Counted from the stretch's first letter, positions 37,446-48,140 are shown. The stretch: DNA of 64,000 bases from Candidatus Latescibacterota bacterium (GCA_965203805.1 OZ241917.1:1344001-1408000), one strand, 5' to 3'. The notes: generated from the letters alone by a model not told the origin. Program-made: numbers and translations.

Positions 37446-38549
37446 GTGAACGGACCATCGATGATTCCCGGACCACGCATCCTCTTTATCGCCCGGCGGT
37501 ATCCGCCGTCGGTTGGCGGCATCCAGACCTACGCGGAGGAGCTCTACTCCAGACTTCGCCGGCGGTGCCCGGTGACGCTCATTGCTCTCGGCAGGGAGCC
37601 GCTCGTTCACCTGGCCTGGTTCATGCCCTACGCATTTTGCGCTGCCGTGTTTCACATACTCCGTCGCCGTCCCGACGTGATATTTTTTATGGACGGGGTT
37701 ACGGCCGCCCTGGCGCCGTTTCTGCGCCCCTTTACGCCGGCGCGGTTTGCGGTGACCGTCCACGGCACGGAATTGACGTTCCGCCGCGCGGTTTTCAGCC
37801 ACCTGATGCGGGCGGGCGCGCTGGCGTGCGACCGGACCGTTACAGTCAGCCGTACCACGGGTGCGCTTGCCGCCGGGATCGGCCTTCCGGCGGCCAGAAC
37901 GCGCGTTATCTATCAGGGCATTCAAGTCGCCATCCCGACCGACGCCGAGCATCGGCGGCTCAAAGACCGCTTTGAAAGGGCGCACGGCCTGAGCCTGGAA
38001 GAACACCCCGTTCTCCTGAACTACGGGCGCCAGGTCCGGCGGAAGGGCGTGGTCGACTTCATCGAAAACGGCGTCTTCCTGATGCGGGAGGATATCCGCC
38101 TGATCATCAGCGGCAGCGGCCCCATGCAGGATGGGATCCGGGCCGCCATTAAATCCCGGAATCTGGGAAGCCGAGTCTTCGCTCCGGGCCGATTGGACGA
38201 TGCGACGGTGGCGATGCTTCGCCGCGAGGCGCAACTCTTCCTGATGCCGAACATCCATCTTCGCCACGACGCGGAAGGGTTCGGCATTGCCCCGCTCGAG
38301 TGTCTGTATGCGGGGCTGCCCGTGGTCTATTTCAACGTGGACGCCCTGGGCGAAAGCCTGCGCGACGGCGGCTACGGTGTGCCGCCGGGCGATTATTCCG
38401 GCTTCGTCGATCGGATCCACCGGTACCTGGACCTCTCCCACGAAGACAAGGAACGGGAGCGCGCGCGCGTCCGGGCCTTTGTGCGGCGTGAGTATTCCTG
38501 GGAAAAGACCACGGCGGAATATCTGGATGTGTTTACCGGACATGCCTGA
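37446..38549 (+). CDS. Glycosyltransferase family 4
   Basis: YPPSVGGIQ, VHGTE, VSR.T, GRQVRRKG, EGFGIAPLE, YSW. Confidence 0.88.
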   Translation: MNGPSMIPGPRILFIARRYPPSVGGIQTYAEELYSRLRRRCPVTLIALGREPLVHLAWFMPYAFCAAVFHILRRRPDVIFFMDGVTAALAPFLRPFTPARFAVTVHGTELTFRRAVFSHLMRAGALACDRTVTVSRTTGALAAGIGLPAARTRVIYQGIQVAIPTDAEHRRLKDRFERAHGLSLEEHPVLLNYGRQVRRKGVVDFIENGVFLMREDIRLIISGSGPMQDGIRAAIKSRNLGSRVFAPGRLDDATVAMLRREAQLFLMPNIHLRHDAEGFGIAPLECLYAGLPVVYFNVDALGESLRDGGYGVPPGDYSGFVDRIHRYLDLSHEDKERERARVRAFVRREYSWEKTTAEYLDVFTGHA

Positions 38550-38606
38550 ACACCGGGATCGGACCCGAAGCGACGGCATCCCGTCAATTCTTATTCTGAG
38601 CCTTCA

Positions 38607-39320
38607 ATGAACAAAAGCCTGCTGACAAACCTCATATCGCTCGGGCTCATCGGCGCAGGTACGATCAGTCCGTTATATCGGGAACAGATCCTGACCGTCG
38701 GCCTGTTCGCGACATCGGGCGCGCTCACGAACTGGTTGGCCGTACACATGCTCTTCGAAAGAGTTCCCGGGCTGTACGGATCCGGTGTGGTGCCCGCGCG
38801 CTTCGGAGAATTCAAAGCCGGGATTCGAAAGCTCATCATGGAGCAGTTCTTCACGCGCGAGAAGGTGGAAGAGTTCCTCGCCATGGAATCCCCGCACGAC
38901 ACCGAGCCCTTCAACCCGGACCCGGTTGTCGACGCCGTTGATTACGATCGCATCTATGCCGGTTTCGTCGACGTCGTCCTCGCCTCGCCATTTGGCGGCA
39001 TGCTCGGCATCGTGGGCGGCGCCAGAGCGCTTGAACCGCTGCGGGACCCCTTCAAGACCAAGATGAAGGAGGAACTCCGCGATATGCTGCTCTCCCGCAC
39101 TTTCAGAGACGCCATCATCGACGGACTGCAAAGCGCTCACGCCGGCGAAGCCCTGGTGGCCAGGGCGGACACGATCGTGACCCGCCGGCTGGAGGAACTC
39201 ACACCCGAAATGGTCAAGCGGATCGTTCAGGATATGATCCGCGAACACCTTGGCTGGCTTGTGGTCTGGGGCGGCGTTTTCGGCGGTTTCCTCGGACTCG
39301 CGGCCAGTTTCGTCCGGTAG
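38607..39320 (+). CDS. DUF445 family protein
   Basis: SGALTNWLAVHMLFERVPGLYGSGV.P.RF, IREHLGWLVVWGGVFGG. Confidence 0.85.
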   Translation: MNKSLLTNLISLGLIGAGTISPLYREQILTVGLFATSGALTNWLAVHMLFERVPGLYGSGVVPARFGEFKAGIRKLIMEQFFTREKVEEFLAMESPHDTEPFNPDPVVDAVDYDRIYAGFVDVVLASPFGGMLGIVGGARALEPLRDPFKTKMKEELRDMLLSRTFRDAIIDGLQSAHAGEALVARADTIVTRRLEELTPEMVKRIVQDMIREHLGWLVVWGGVFGGFLGLAASFVR

Positions 39321-39326
39321 GATCCC

Positions 39327-41129
39327 ATGTTCGTGTACGACGGAAACTGCGGCTTCTGCGTACAATGGGTGGAACGCATTCGCGGCGCCGCCGGCGACGG
39401 GGTGGCGTTCGCGCCGTCGCAGGAGGTCGGCGGCCGGTTTCCACAGATCACTCCGGAGCAATTCGAAACCGCCGTCCAGTGGATCGGTCCGGACGGTGAA
39501 GTCTTCAGCGGCGCCGGAGCGGCATTGCGCGTGCTTGCGTTCACCGGGCCTGCGGGGAGGTTGTCTTGGTGGGCTTACCGGCGCCTGCCCCTGTTTGCCG
39601 CGTGCGCTGAAGCGTGTTACCGTCTGGTCGCCCGCAACCGGAAAACGGCGTCAACCGTCACCCGGTGGCTCTGGGGCCGGGACCTCAGCCGGCCCGGGTA
39701 CCGAACGTCCGCCGACCTGTTCCTGCGCGCCCTGGCCGTGATCTACCTGATTGCCTTCCTGTCATTCTGGGTGCAGGCGCACGGCCTCATCGGCGCCCAG
39801 GGCATCCTCCCGATCGATGAATCCATTCGACTGGCCGCGGAAAAGGGCAACCCGCTGCGGTTCCCCACCCTTTTCTGGTTCGATCAGAGCGACGCCTTCA
39901 TCCACGGCCTCTGCGGCGCGGGTACGCTGCTTGCAATCGTCGCAGCGCTCGTTCCCGTTTCCGCCCCGCTCTTCCTGCTGTTGTGGATCGGATACCTTTC
40001 CGTCGTCACGGGCGGCGGCCCCTTTCTGTCCTTTCAGTGGGATGTCCTTCTCCTGGAAGCCGGTCTGCTGGCCGTGTTTCTCGCGCCCTGGAAGCTCTCG
40101 CTGCGGCGGGACGCCCCCGAGCCCCCGCGACTCGTCGCGTGGCTCTATCGCTGGCTGCTGTTCCGGTTCATGTTCGCATCCGGCATCGTAAAGCTCACCA
40201 GCGGCGACGCGACCTGGCGCGACCTCAGCGCACTCACCTACCACTACCAGACACAGCCCCTTCCCAATCCGCTGGCGTGGTACGTGCACCATCTGCCGGA
40301 AAGCATCCACGTCGTTTCCGTAGCCGCGATGTTCACCGTCGAGCTGGCGGTTCCCTTCTTCATCTTCGCACCTCGACGCCTCCGGATTGCGGCCTGCGCG
40401 TTGCTTGCCGGCCTGCAGCTCGCTATCGCGCTCACGGGAAACTACACCTATTTCAACCTGCTCGCGGCGGCCCTCTGTCTCTGGCTGATCGACGACGCGT
40501 CGTGGCCGAAACGCCTGAGAGCGCCGCGTCCCGGCTCCAAACCGGGATCCCCGAGACTGCAGAGACTGGCGGCCGTTCCGCTTGCCGGTCTGATCGTGAC
40601 CCTGAGCCTCGTGTATCTCTACAGCTTCAGCCTGCGAATGAGACCCCGCTGGCCTGAACCCCTGATCGCGCTCAACAGGGCCGTGGCCCCATTCAACATG
40701 GTGAACAACTACGGCCTCTTCCAGCTGATGACCACCCGAAGGCCGGAAATCGTCATCGAAGGCAGCCGGGACGGCAGGACCTGGATGCCCTACGAATTTC
40801 GGTACAAACCCGGCGCACCGGACAGACGCCCCCTGGTTGCAGCGCCGCACCAGCCCCGTCTGGACTGGCAGATGTGGTTCGCCGCGCTCGGCCATTACCG
40901 GCAGAGTCCGTGGTTCGTCCACTTCTGTCTGCGACTGCTCGAAGGATCGCCGCCAGTGACCGACCTGCTTGCCCGGAATCCCTTTCCCGACGGCCCGCCG
41001 CGTTACCTGCGGGCGCAGCTGTACGACTATCGCTTCACAACCCCGGACGAAAAGAGCCGGTCCGGAGACTGGTGGAAGCGCACGTTTCTCAGGGCGTATC
41101 TACCGAAGATTCAGCTGAAACAGCCGTGA
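39327..41129 (+). CDS. Lipase maturation factor family protein with N-terminal DCC1-like thiol-disulfide domain
   Basis: YDGNCGFC; FLSFQWD.LLLEAG, YHYQTQPLP, TGNY.YFN, YEFRYKPG, PHQPRLDWQMWFAAL. Confidence 0.88.
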   Translation: MFVYDGNCGFCVQWVERIRGAAGDGVAFAPSQEVGGRFPQITPEQFETAVQWIGPDGEVFSGAGAALRVLAFTGPAGRLSWWAYRRLPLFAACAEACYRLVARNRKTASTVTRWLWGRDLSRPGYRTSADLFLRALAVIYLIAFLSFWVQAHGLIGAQGILPIDESIRLAAEKGNPLRFPTLFWFDQSDAFIHGLCGAGTLLAIVAALVPVSAPLFLLLWIGYLSVVTGGGPFLSFQWDVLLLEAGLLAVFLAPWKLSLRRDAPEPPRLVAWLYRWLLFRFMFASGIVKLTSGDATWRDLSALTYHYQTQPLPNPLAWYVHHLPESIHVVSVAAMFTVELAVPFFIFAPRRLRIAACALLAGLQLAIALTGNYTYFNLLAAALCLWLIDDASWPKRLRAPRPGSKPGSPRLQRLAAVPLAGLIVTLSLVYLYSFSLRMRPRWPEPLIALNRAVAPFNMVNNYGLFQLMTTRRPEIVIEGSRDGRTWMPYEFRYKPGAPDRRPLVAAPHQPRLDWQMWFAALGHYRQSPWFVHFCLRLLEGSPPVTDLLARNPFPDGPPRYLRAQLYDYRFTTPDEKSRSGDWWKRTFLRAYLPKIQLKQP

Positions 41130-41168
41130 CGGCGCAAAGGGGGGTTTGGGTGGCGCCAATCCGATCGT

Positions 41169-42125
41169 TCAGTGCGCCAGCGCGTCTCTGACCACGTCCG
41201 CAATCCCGGGATAGAGACGCGGGGTTTCGAGATTGCACAACACGACGTGGCCGTCGACGTACCTGCCCGCGATCTCGAACTCCGCCCGTACCCGTTCGGG
41301 AGAACGCACCAGATACGGGTCCGAATAAAGGCCGATAAACGGTACGAACGTGTTGCGTTTCGGGACCTCGAGCCGCTTCATCTCCGCGGTCTCGAATGCC
41401 ACCCGCTCCAGGCTCCAGTGCGGAGGATAGAACCAGGAAATCGTCTGCGTACAATAGTCCAGTCGCAGCCGGTTTCCGTAATATTCGTTGGGATAGAACG
41501 GCGGCCAGACGTGGTTGGTCACAATCGCGTTCGGTTTGATGGCCTTTGCGTGTTCGTACAGGACATCGGAAACCGCTAACAGGCTCTCTTCCGACATTCT
41601 CGCGAGCATTTCGGGTTCGTGCGCTCCGGGACGTTCCGCGGCCATCGACTTCCGGATGGCCGCGCATCGATCGCAGAAACACGCATAGTGGTTCCTGAAA
41701 CCGAACCCGTCGAACGCAACGCCGTCCGCGAGTTCGAGCGCCCTGCTTACCCGCTCCTTCAGAAACGATCTTGAAGCCTCGTGCTCGAAGCAGAGCGTCG
41801 GGCCGTCCTGAACGATGGAGAACCACCGGTGCGACAGGAGCTGGAAATTGGCCGGCGTGCCCTCGTGCCCCGTGCGGGCGATTTCATCCTCGGCGGGCAG
41901 CAACCGTTGCAGACACTCCGGATGCGCGATTGCGAACGCGTCTGAAGGCCTGGCGTACACGATGGCGACGATCTTCACGTCCAATTCGGCGCCGCGTCGC
42001 ACCATCGCCTCGGACGGATCCCGCACGATCAGGGTATCGAAGCCCAGCTCGCCCGCGAATTCCACGATCTCCCGCTGCTGCGTTTCGGTCTCCACCGGCA
42101 GATGCCAGTCCCACGCCGCCTTCAT
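41169..42125 (-). CDS. Hypothetical protein, possible glycoside-hydrolase-like TIM barrel
   Basis: GGGAG SD before MKAAW; LCF, DGVAFD, ACFCDRC motif seen in GH-like barrels. Confidence 0.5.
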   Translation of the reverse strand: MKAAWDWHLPVETETQQREIVEFAGELGFDTLIVRDPSEAMVRRGAELDVKIVAIVYARPSDAFAIAHPECLQRLLPAEDEIARTGHEGTPANFQLLSHRWFSIVQDGPTLCFEHEASRSFLKERVSRALELADGVAFDGFGFRNHYACFCDRCAAIRKSMAAERPGAHEPEMLARMSEESLLAVSDVLYEHAKAIKPNAIVTNHVWPPFYPNEYYGNRLRLDYCTQTISWFYPPHWSLERVAFETAEMKRLEVPKRNTFVPFIGLYSDPYLVRSPERVRAEFEIAGRYVDGHVVLCNLETPRLYPGIADVVRDALAH

Positions 42126-42170
42126 GACTTCACTCCCCGCCCTTTTCTTAGTCGCGCCTTCGTTGTATTT

Positions 42171-42194
42171 GTAGCGGCAACCCTGGTGGCTGCC
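42171..42194. repeat. REP-like GTAG-headed palindrome
   Basis: GTAGCGGCAACCCTGGTGGCTGCC, intergenic. Confidence 0.4.
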
Positions 42195-42284
42195 AACATC
42201 ATGGCGCTCGCACCGCGATTGACATCGCCGCGCCATATCGCTGACCGGTTCAAGCTGAATGCTGAGAGCTGGCAGCTGTTTCAG

Positions 42285-43460
42285 CTACAATTGATCGGCC
42301 GCTTTCCTGATTGCATCCGCCATCTTTCGAACCCGGTCCTGCGTATTGTCCGGATGCATCGGGATCAACACGGCACGGCTGAGTATGTCCAGGGAATCTC
42401 TGCACATATCCATCGAGTAGGTCACGTTCAGCTTGCGGTTCGCCGGAAAGTTGTACGGATTCATATCGGGGTGATGCGCGCCCTGCTTCCTCATGACCGG
42501 ATCCCACCGGGTATAGACGTGCCGCCCGGTATCGATCGGCAGGAATCCTCGGGTACCATTCCCACTCAGACCATCTGCGAAAACCCTCGCCGATTTCTCG
42601 TTCGGAAAGATAAATCCCAGGTTGCTTCCACATTCGTACGAAAGACTGTTGTTGACGATGGAGGTCAGTCCGGCCGCCTCCCCGGCCTTCAGCAGATGGC
42701 GCTTATGTGCGCCCATCTTTTCCAGCATCCCGTCGAGGCGTCGCAACTGGGCATTCAGAATGGCGCCGGAAACCTCCGGCGCCCTGAAATTCATGCCCGC
42801 GAACTGCTCATCCTCCTTCTTCCGGTCCGGATTCCAATAGTACGAGCAGCAATCCGAGGCCACGGAGGCGCGACCGAAAACCGCTTTGTTGTTGGTGACG
42901 AATGCCCCGCCTTCGCCGCTGGATATATTCTTGTAGAAGTTGAAGCTGAAGGCGCCCGCGTGTCCGATCGAACCCAGCATCCGGCCCTCGTAGGCGCCGC
43001 CCACCGCCTGGCACGCGTCCTCCAGTACGAGCAGCTTATGCCTGCGCGCAATACGCATCAGCGCTTTCATATTGCAAGGCAGACTCCACATATGCACGGG
43101 AATGATCGCTTTGGTATGGCGCGTCAGGCGGCGCTCGACGCCATGGGGCGAAAGCGTGATGGATTCATCCACATCGGCCACGACAGGAATCGCCCCCGCC
43201 GCCAGCACGGCCAGCGCGGTGGCCATATAGGTACACGCAGGGACAATGACTTCAGCGCCGGGGCCCACCTTCAACCCCACCAGCGCGCAATACAACGCCG
43301 AAGTCCCGCTGGTGGTCATTCTGGCGTACTTCACGCCCAGATGCTTCGCCCAGCCGGCCTCGAACCGGTCGCATTCTCCCGTACGTCCGTACCGAAAGAT
43401 GCCGCCATCGTCGAACAGCCGTTTGACGCGCCCCAGTTCCAGGTCGCCGATTCTGTACAC
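42285..43460 (-). CDS. DegT/DnrJ/EryC1/StrS PLP-dependent aminotransferase
   Basis: SGTSAL, EVIVP..T..AT, IIPVH, EDACQA.G, FSFN.YKN...GEGG. Confidence 0.9.
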   Translation of the reverse strand: MYRIGDLELGRVKRLFDDGGIFRYGRTGECDRFEAGWAKHLGVKYARMTTSGTSALYCALVGLKVGPGAEVIVPACTYMATALAVLAAGAIPVVADVDESITLSPHGVERRLTRHTKAIIPVHMWSLPCNMKALMRIARRHKLLVLEDACQAVGGAYEGRMLGSIGHAGAFSFNFYKNISSGEGGAFVTNNKAVFGRASVASDCCSYYWNPDRKKEDEQFAGMNFRAPEVSGAILNAQLRRLDGMLEKMGAHKRHLLKAGEAAGLTSIVNNSLSYECGSNLGFIFPNEKSARVFADGLSGNGTRGFLPIDTGRHVYTRWDPVMRKQGAHHPDMNPYNFPANRKLNVTYSMDMCRDSLDILSRAVLIPMHPDNTQDRVRKMADAIRKAADQL

Positions 43461-43478
43461 GGTACCCCCTTTTGCCGT

Positions 43479-44132
43479 TTACACGCCGGTCTCGCTCGAC
43501 GGGTTGAAATCTTGTGCCTTGGATTGCAGTTGCCTGAGGACGTACGCACGGGCAAGCAGCGTTAGCGGCACGGTCAGGAACAGACCCACCAGCAGGCAGA
43601 GCGCGCCACCCACATTGATCAGCACCGTGAGCAGACCGAAAAGAAACAGGCGCCATCTTGCGCCCCTGGTCGTTTCGGCGCTGCGGCGCAGGGCCGCCAC
43701 CGCACCCGCGCCTTCATCTGCGATGTGATAGGCGTAGAATTGAAACAACACCATCAGAAAAATCCCCGGTACGACAATCAGAACCAGGCCGACCAGCACC
43801 GCCAACGTTGCGATGATCGTCGCGATAAAGTACGCCGGCGCCAGCGGATAGTGAATGAACAGATCGGACACGCGCACCCTTCGACCGTCGTGCAAACGCA
43901 GGGCCACGACGATCAGGCCCACGTCCATGACGATACCCGCGACAAGCGCGAGGATCCCGACAACAAACGCCCAGCCCTCTGAGTACGCGTTCACCTTGAA
44001 GACGATGCCGTTCAGGATCAGCGTGATCGCCAGGTACAGAAGCCCGAGCCAGAAAAAAAACGTGAGGTTGTCCAATGTTGTCCGCCAACCGTACCGCAGC
44101 GCGCCGGCAATGGAAAACCTATGTGCGTTCAT
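43479..44132 (-). CDS. Integral membrane protein of unknown function
   Basis: Several TM helices; LIVVPGI, ALRRS...TRG.RW.LF, GLFLTVP. Confidence 0.7.
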   Translation of the reverse strand: MNAHRFSIAGALRYGWRTTLDNLTFFFWLGLLYLAITLILNGIVFKVNAYSEGWAFVVGILALVAGIVMDVGLIVVALRLHDGRRVRVSDLFIHYPLAPAYFIATIIATLAVLVGLVLIVVPGIFLMVLFQFYAYHIADEGAGAVAALRRSAETTRGARWRLFLFGLLTVLINVGGALCLLVGLFLTVPLTLLARAYVLRQLQSKAQDFNPSSETGV

Positions 44133-45315
44133 AATCGGCTTCCGTTTCGCAGAAAAGAGAATCCCTGGACGGTTGAGTCCCCGTGTTCGACAGCATCCGC
44201 GCCTTGGTCCTGCACTCCTCGTATTCGCCCCCGGCACTGGAATCGTGGGTCACGCCGCTTCCCACGCCGAATTCCGCAACGCCTTTCTCCCGATCGACGG
44301 TCACTGTACGTATGGCGACGTTGAACTGCGCCTCGGGACCGGGAGATACGTACCCGATGCTGCCTGTATAGACGCCGCGCGGGGAGTCCTCCAATTCCGA
44401 GATGATTCCCATGGTCCGCACCTTCGGCGCGCCTGTGACGGACCCGCAGGGAAAGGCCGCCCGCAGGAGGTCCGGGACGCCCAGGCCGGAACGGAGACGA
44501 GATTGCACGGTAGACGTCATCTGCAGGACCGTTTCATACCGCTCCACGTCCCACAACACCGGTGTCCGGACGCTGCCGGTTTCGGATACCCGCCCCAGAT
44601 CATTGCGCAGCATGTCCACAATCATCACGTTCTCCGCGCGGTCTTTCGGCGACCACTTCAAGTCGTCGAACAAAATCCGGTCCTCTTCCGGCCACCGGCC
44701 CCGACGCCGTGTCCCTTTCATTGGACGAGCCGTGAGTTGGCCTGATTTCAAGCGGAAGAACAGCTCGGGAGACGCAGACAGCACCTGAAACCGGCCGGAG
44801 TCCACGTAAGCCGAATACGCCGTCGGCTGCGACCGGCTCAGGTCTGAATAGAAGGCGGCGGCGTCCCCTTCAAAATCAGCCCGCATCCGGTAGGTGAAAT
44901 TGACCTGATACGTATCGCCGGCGGCGATGTAGGCGCGAATCCCGGCCACCACGTCTTCGTACTCATCCCTGCCGATGGACGGGCGCCACGCCGAATGCGA
45001 ATATGCGCGTCGGGAGCGGGAACGGCCACCCGCGGCCGGCATCCGCCGCTCAAACAACCCGAACCATACGAGGGGCATTGCGCCGGGCGGACGGGTCTTC
45101 AGCGCGGGATCCAAACCGGCGGCCGCCTCGTACGCGATGTATCCCGCGGCGTGCAGACCGCGGGATACGGCGCGTTCCACTTCCGTCAGCGCCGCGTACA
45201 CGTCCGCCGTACAGCGGGCGACGACCTGATCGACGCATCCGGAAAACGTGTATGAAGCGCCATCCTGATCGGTACGATTGCATTCAAGCAGCACCGCAGG
45301 TTCATTCATATGCAA
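44119..45315 (-). CDS. pabB: Aminodeoxychorismate synthase component I
   Basis: GDTYQVN, SASPELF, RPMKGT, KDRAENVMIVD.LRNDLGR, FPCGSVTGAPK.R.M, RGVYTG.IG, NVAIRT. Confidence 0.85.
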   Translation of the reverse strand: MHMNEPAVLLECNRTDQDGASYTFSGCVDQVVARCTADVYAALTEVERAVSRGLHAAGYIAYEAAAGLDPALKTRPPGAMPLVWFGLFERRMPAAGGRSRSRRAYSHSAWRPSIGRDEYEDVVAGIRAYIAAGDTYQVNFTYRMRADFEGDAAAFYSDLSRSQPTAYSAYVDSGRFQVLSASPELFFRLKSGQLTARPMKGTRRRGRWPEEDRILFDDLKWSPKDRAENVMIVDMLRNDLGRVSETGSVRTPVLWDVERYETVLQMTSTVQSRLRSGLGVPDLLRAAFPCGSVTGAPKVRTMGIISELEDSPRGVYTGSIGYVSPGPEAQFNVAIRTVTVDREKGVAEFGVGSGVTHDSSAGGEYEECRTKARMLSNTGTQPSRDSLFCETEADYERT

Positions 45316-45343
45316 CCCGACGCGTTTGACAGGGAGTAGACGA

Positions 45344-46147
45344 TCAATTCTTCGCCCAGTTTCCGTACACGTCCACCTCCACGCCCTCCACCTTCGGCCG
45401 GACGCCCTTTACGATAAAGCCGGGCCGCCCCATGCCCTGCCCGCCCTCCTGTCGGTTGCGGGGGTCCCTGAATCCCAGCCGCACGAGGCGGCGCCAGTTG
45501 CCGCTGTGATTGACCGCCGACCCGTGAATGGTCCACAGGTAAAACAGGACCACGTCGCCGGCTTTTGCCGGGACCGATACGGCGTCCTGGAGCCGATACT
45601 GGTCCGTGGGAAGATGCGGGGCGGTGCCGGCGCCCGTAATATGCTGCAGCTTGCCCAGCCGGTGGGACCCCTTGAGGAACTTGATGCATCCGCTGGTCTC
45701 ATCGGCGTCGTCCAGGTGCACCAGGCAATCCGCGTACCGCCCGTCTTCGTGCGGAAAGAACGGCAAGTCCTGGTGCATGGGAAACGGCGCCCCCTTGTCC
45801 GGCGGCTTCGCGTGCAGCGTGACATGGTGCAACTCAACGGCATCCGATCCCAGGAGATCGCCGACCGAGGCACCCAATTCCCGCTTCGTGATGGCGCGGG
45901 ACCAGGCCGCCGAATAATGCTGCAACTCGTGGATGGCCACCAGCGTTGCCACCGCGTCCTCCTCTTCGTCCATATACTCTTTCCGCCAGGGCCCTTTCCA
46001 CGCGGAGTCCCAGTTCGCGAACTCCGTCATGATGTAGTCCAGTTCATCGCCCATCTCACGGACTTCCCCTGGAGAGAACATGCCTTCGAGACGGATGTAT
46101 CCATTTTCACGAAAAAAGGCGACCTGCGCTTCGCTCAGCGATTCCAT
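45344..46147 (-). CDS. Phytanoyl-CoA dioxygenase (PhyH) family protein
   Basis: FFRENGY, KPP..G..FPMHQD, GSH, AGDV.LF...TIHGS..N. Confidence 0.85.
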   Translation of the reverse strand: MESLSEAQVAFFRENGYIRLEGMFSPGEVREMGDELDYIMTEFANWDSAWKGPWRKEYMDEEEDAVATLVAIHELQHYSAAWSRAITKRELGASVGDLLGSDAVELHHVTLHAKPPDKGAPFPMHQDLPFFPHEDGRYADCLVHLDDADETSGCIKFLKGSHRLGKLQHITGAGTAPHLPTDQYRLQDAVSVPAKAGDVVLFYLWTIHGSAVNHSGNWRRLVRLGFRDPRNRQEGGQGMGRPGFIVKGVRPKVEGVEVDVYGNWAKN

Positions 46148-46183
46148 AACAGGAAATCTCCCCTATGTTGTCGCGCGCCTCGT

Positions 46184-46564
46184 CTACCTGCCGCCGATGA
46201 CAATGAGGAACGCGCTTTCTTCTACGGCCTTTACGGCGTGGCGGAGGTTTGCCGTGAAGGAAACTGCAGAACCGGATTCCAACGTCGCCTCCTCGGCTCC
46301 GGACGATATCCGGATTCGTCCACTCAGAAGAACCACCGTGGCGGGGCCCGGGGCCCTGTGTTCGTGCAGTACCGCGCCCTCCTTCATAACAGTAAGGACC
46401 ACGGTCATCTCATCCCCTCGAACCAGGGAAAGCGCGTTCCGACCGGATTCAGCGAAGGCGTCTTCCACCATAAGCTGTTCGGCCATGGCGTGTAACGGAA
46501 AAGACTCGATCCACGTCTCGTTAACTTTCAAAGGTCGGTAGGGTCGCTCAAAAGCTCTAACCAT
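46184..46564 (-). CDS. Cupin domain protein
   Basis: LHEH.APG..TV..LSG, H.V.A.EESAFL. Confidence 0.75.
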   Translation of the reverse strand: MVRAFERPYRPLKVNETWIESFPLHAMAEQLMVEDAFAESGRNALSLVRGDEMTVVLTVMKEGAVLHEHRAPGPATVVLLSGRIRISSGAEEATLESGSAVSFTANLRHAVKAVEESAFLIVIGGR

Positions 46565-46640
46565 TCCGTGAACTCCTCATTGAGGCCACAGGTATCAGGA
46601 TCGGACTCTCATGGGTCCTCATCCCGGGATGAATGGCGGA

Positions 46641-48140
46641 TCAGGACCCGGGTACCGGATTCTCGTGAAACCAGCCCTTCAGGCTCGGATACAGGTCGCG
46701 GTACCGGCGAAACCGCTTCTCGTAATCGGCCGCGCGCTTCGCTCCGCTCCGGACGGCTTCGCCCAGCTTTACCGAGCGTTCGCAGGCCGCTTCAAAGTCT
46801 GGAAACACGCCCACGCCCACGCCGGCGATCACGGCCGCGCCGAGCGCCGACGCGTCCTGCACCTCCAACACCCTGACCTCGCGCCCGAACACGTCGGCCT
46901 GGATCTGACGCCATAGCGCGGACCTCGCGCCGCCTTCGCCGATTCGCAGGTCCTCGATGGGCAGCCCGATGTCCTCGAAACACTCCAGAGAGCGCTTCAG
47001 ATCGAACGCCACGCCCTCCATCAGCGAACGCACCAGGTGCGCTCTCGTATGGCGCAGCGTCAGACCCATCCAGCCGCCCCGGGCACGCGCGTCGGGGTGG
47101 GGCGTTGCCGATCCCTCCAGCCATGGAAGGAAGAAGAGCCCTTCGCTGCCGGCGGGGGCATCCTCCGCCTGCCGCGTCAGCGCGGCGACGTCTTCTCCCA
47201 ACTGATCGCTCAACCATGCCAGACTCGCCCCGCATGTATACGAACACCCGAGCCAGAAATAGGCGCCGGGGACTGAGTGACACATCGGCCAGAGCCTGTT
47301 GAAAGCGGCGGGATCCAGACTCTCCGCGAACGCGAGCGCGTGCCCCGCCGTACCGATGCCCACGTTGACAACGCCTGGCCGGATGACGCCGCTGCCCACG
47401 GCGAGGCACGAAACGTCGCCGCCGCCCGCGCAGACGGGCGTTTTCGCGGCAAGTCCCATCTCCCGGGAGGCCCGCCCGGTCAGCGTCCCGATCTCCTCGG
47501 GAGACTCCGAAATGACGGGAAACAGGCTGCGGCGCACCTCCAAGGCGTCCAGAATCTCGCCGCTCCAATCCCTCGCCCGAAGGTCCGCGGCCGCGGTTAC
47601 GGACGCGTCCGACACGTCCGTCCCGAACGTCCCCGTCATCCGGAACCGCACCCAGTCCTTCGGGATCAGCACGTACCGTGCGTCCCGGTAGACATCCGGC
47701 TCGTGAGCGCGCACCCACAACACCTTCGCCAGCGTGTTGATGGGATTCATCACCTGCAGGGCCCGGGTCCGCAGCAGATCGCCTGCGCGTGCGTTCGCCG
47801 CGTCGCATTCGGGCTGTGAGCGACGGTCGAGCCAGAGGATGGGCGCCCTGAGCGGGTTGCCGACGCCGTCCACGAACACGGCGCCGTTCATATGACCGGA
47901 CAGCGACACGCTGCGTACTTCCGCCACAGACCGTCCCTGCTTCCGGAGTTCGACCGCCACCGCGCGGGTTGTTCTGCAGATCGCCTCCCACCAGTCATCC
48001 GCGTTCTGCTCCACCCAGCCGGGATGCGGCGTCCGCATGGCGTAACTTGCGCTGGCCGAAGCCAGTACGTCGCCGCCTTCATCCAGCACGATCGTCTTTG
48101 CGCCGGATGTCCCAATGTCAATTCCGATTACCAGTGGCAT
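46641..48140 (-). CDS. xylB: FGGY carbohydrate kinase, xylulokinase-like
   Basis: GIDIGTSG.K, ILW.D.R, PKDW.R..MTG, TD.SDAS, GGGD, EGVAF, GGARS..W.Q..AD; substrate not certain. Confidence 0.7.
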   Translation of the reverse strand: MPLVIGIDIGTSGAKTIVLDEGGDVLASASASYAMRTPHPGWVEQNADDWWEAICRTTRAVAVELRKQGRSVAEVRSVSLSGHMNGAVFVDGVGNPLRAPILWLDRRSQPECDAANARAGDLLRTRALQVMNPINTLAKVLWVRAHEPDVYRDARYVLIPKDWVRFRMTGTFGTDVSDASVTAAADLRARDWSGEILDALEVRRSLFPVISESPEEIGTLTGRASREMGLAAKTPVCAGGGDVSCLAVGSGVIRPGVVNVGIGTAGHALAFAESLDPAAFNRLWPMCHSVPGAYFWLGCSYTCGASLAWLSDQLGEDVAALTRQAEDAPAGSEGLFFLPWLEGSATPHPDARARGGWMGLTLRHTRAHLVRSLMEGVAFDLKRSLECFEDIGLPIEDLRIGEGGARSALWRQIQADVFGREVRVLEVQDASALGAAVIAGVGVGVFPDFEAACERSVKLGEAVRSGAKRAADYEKRFRRYRDLYPSLKGWFHENPVPGS

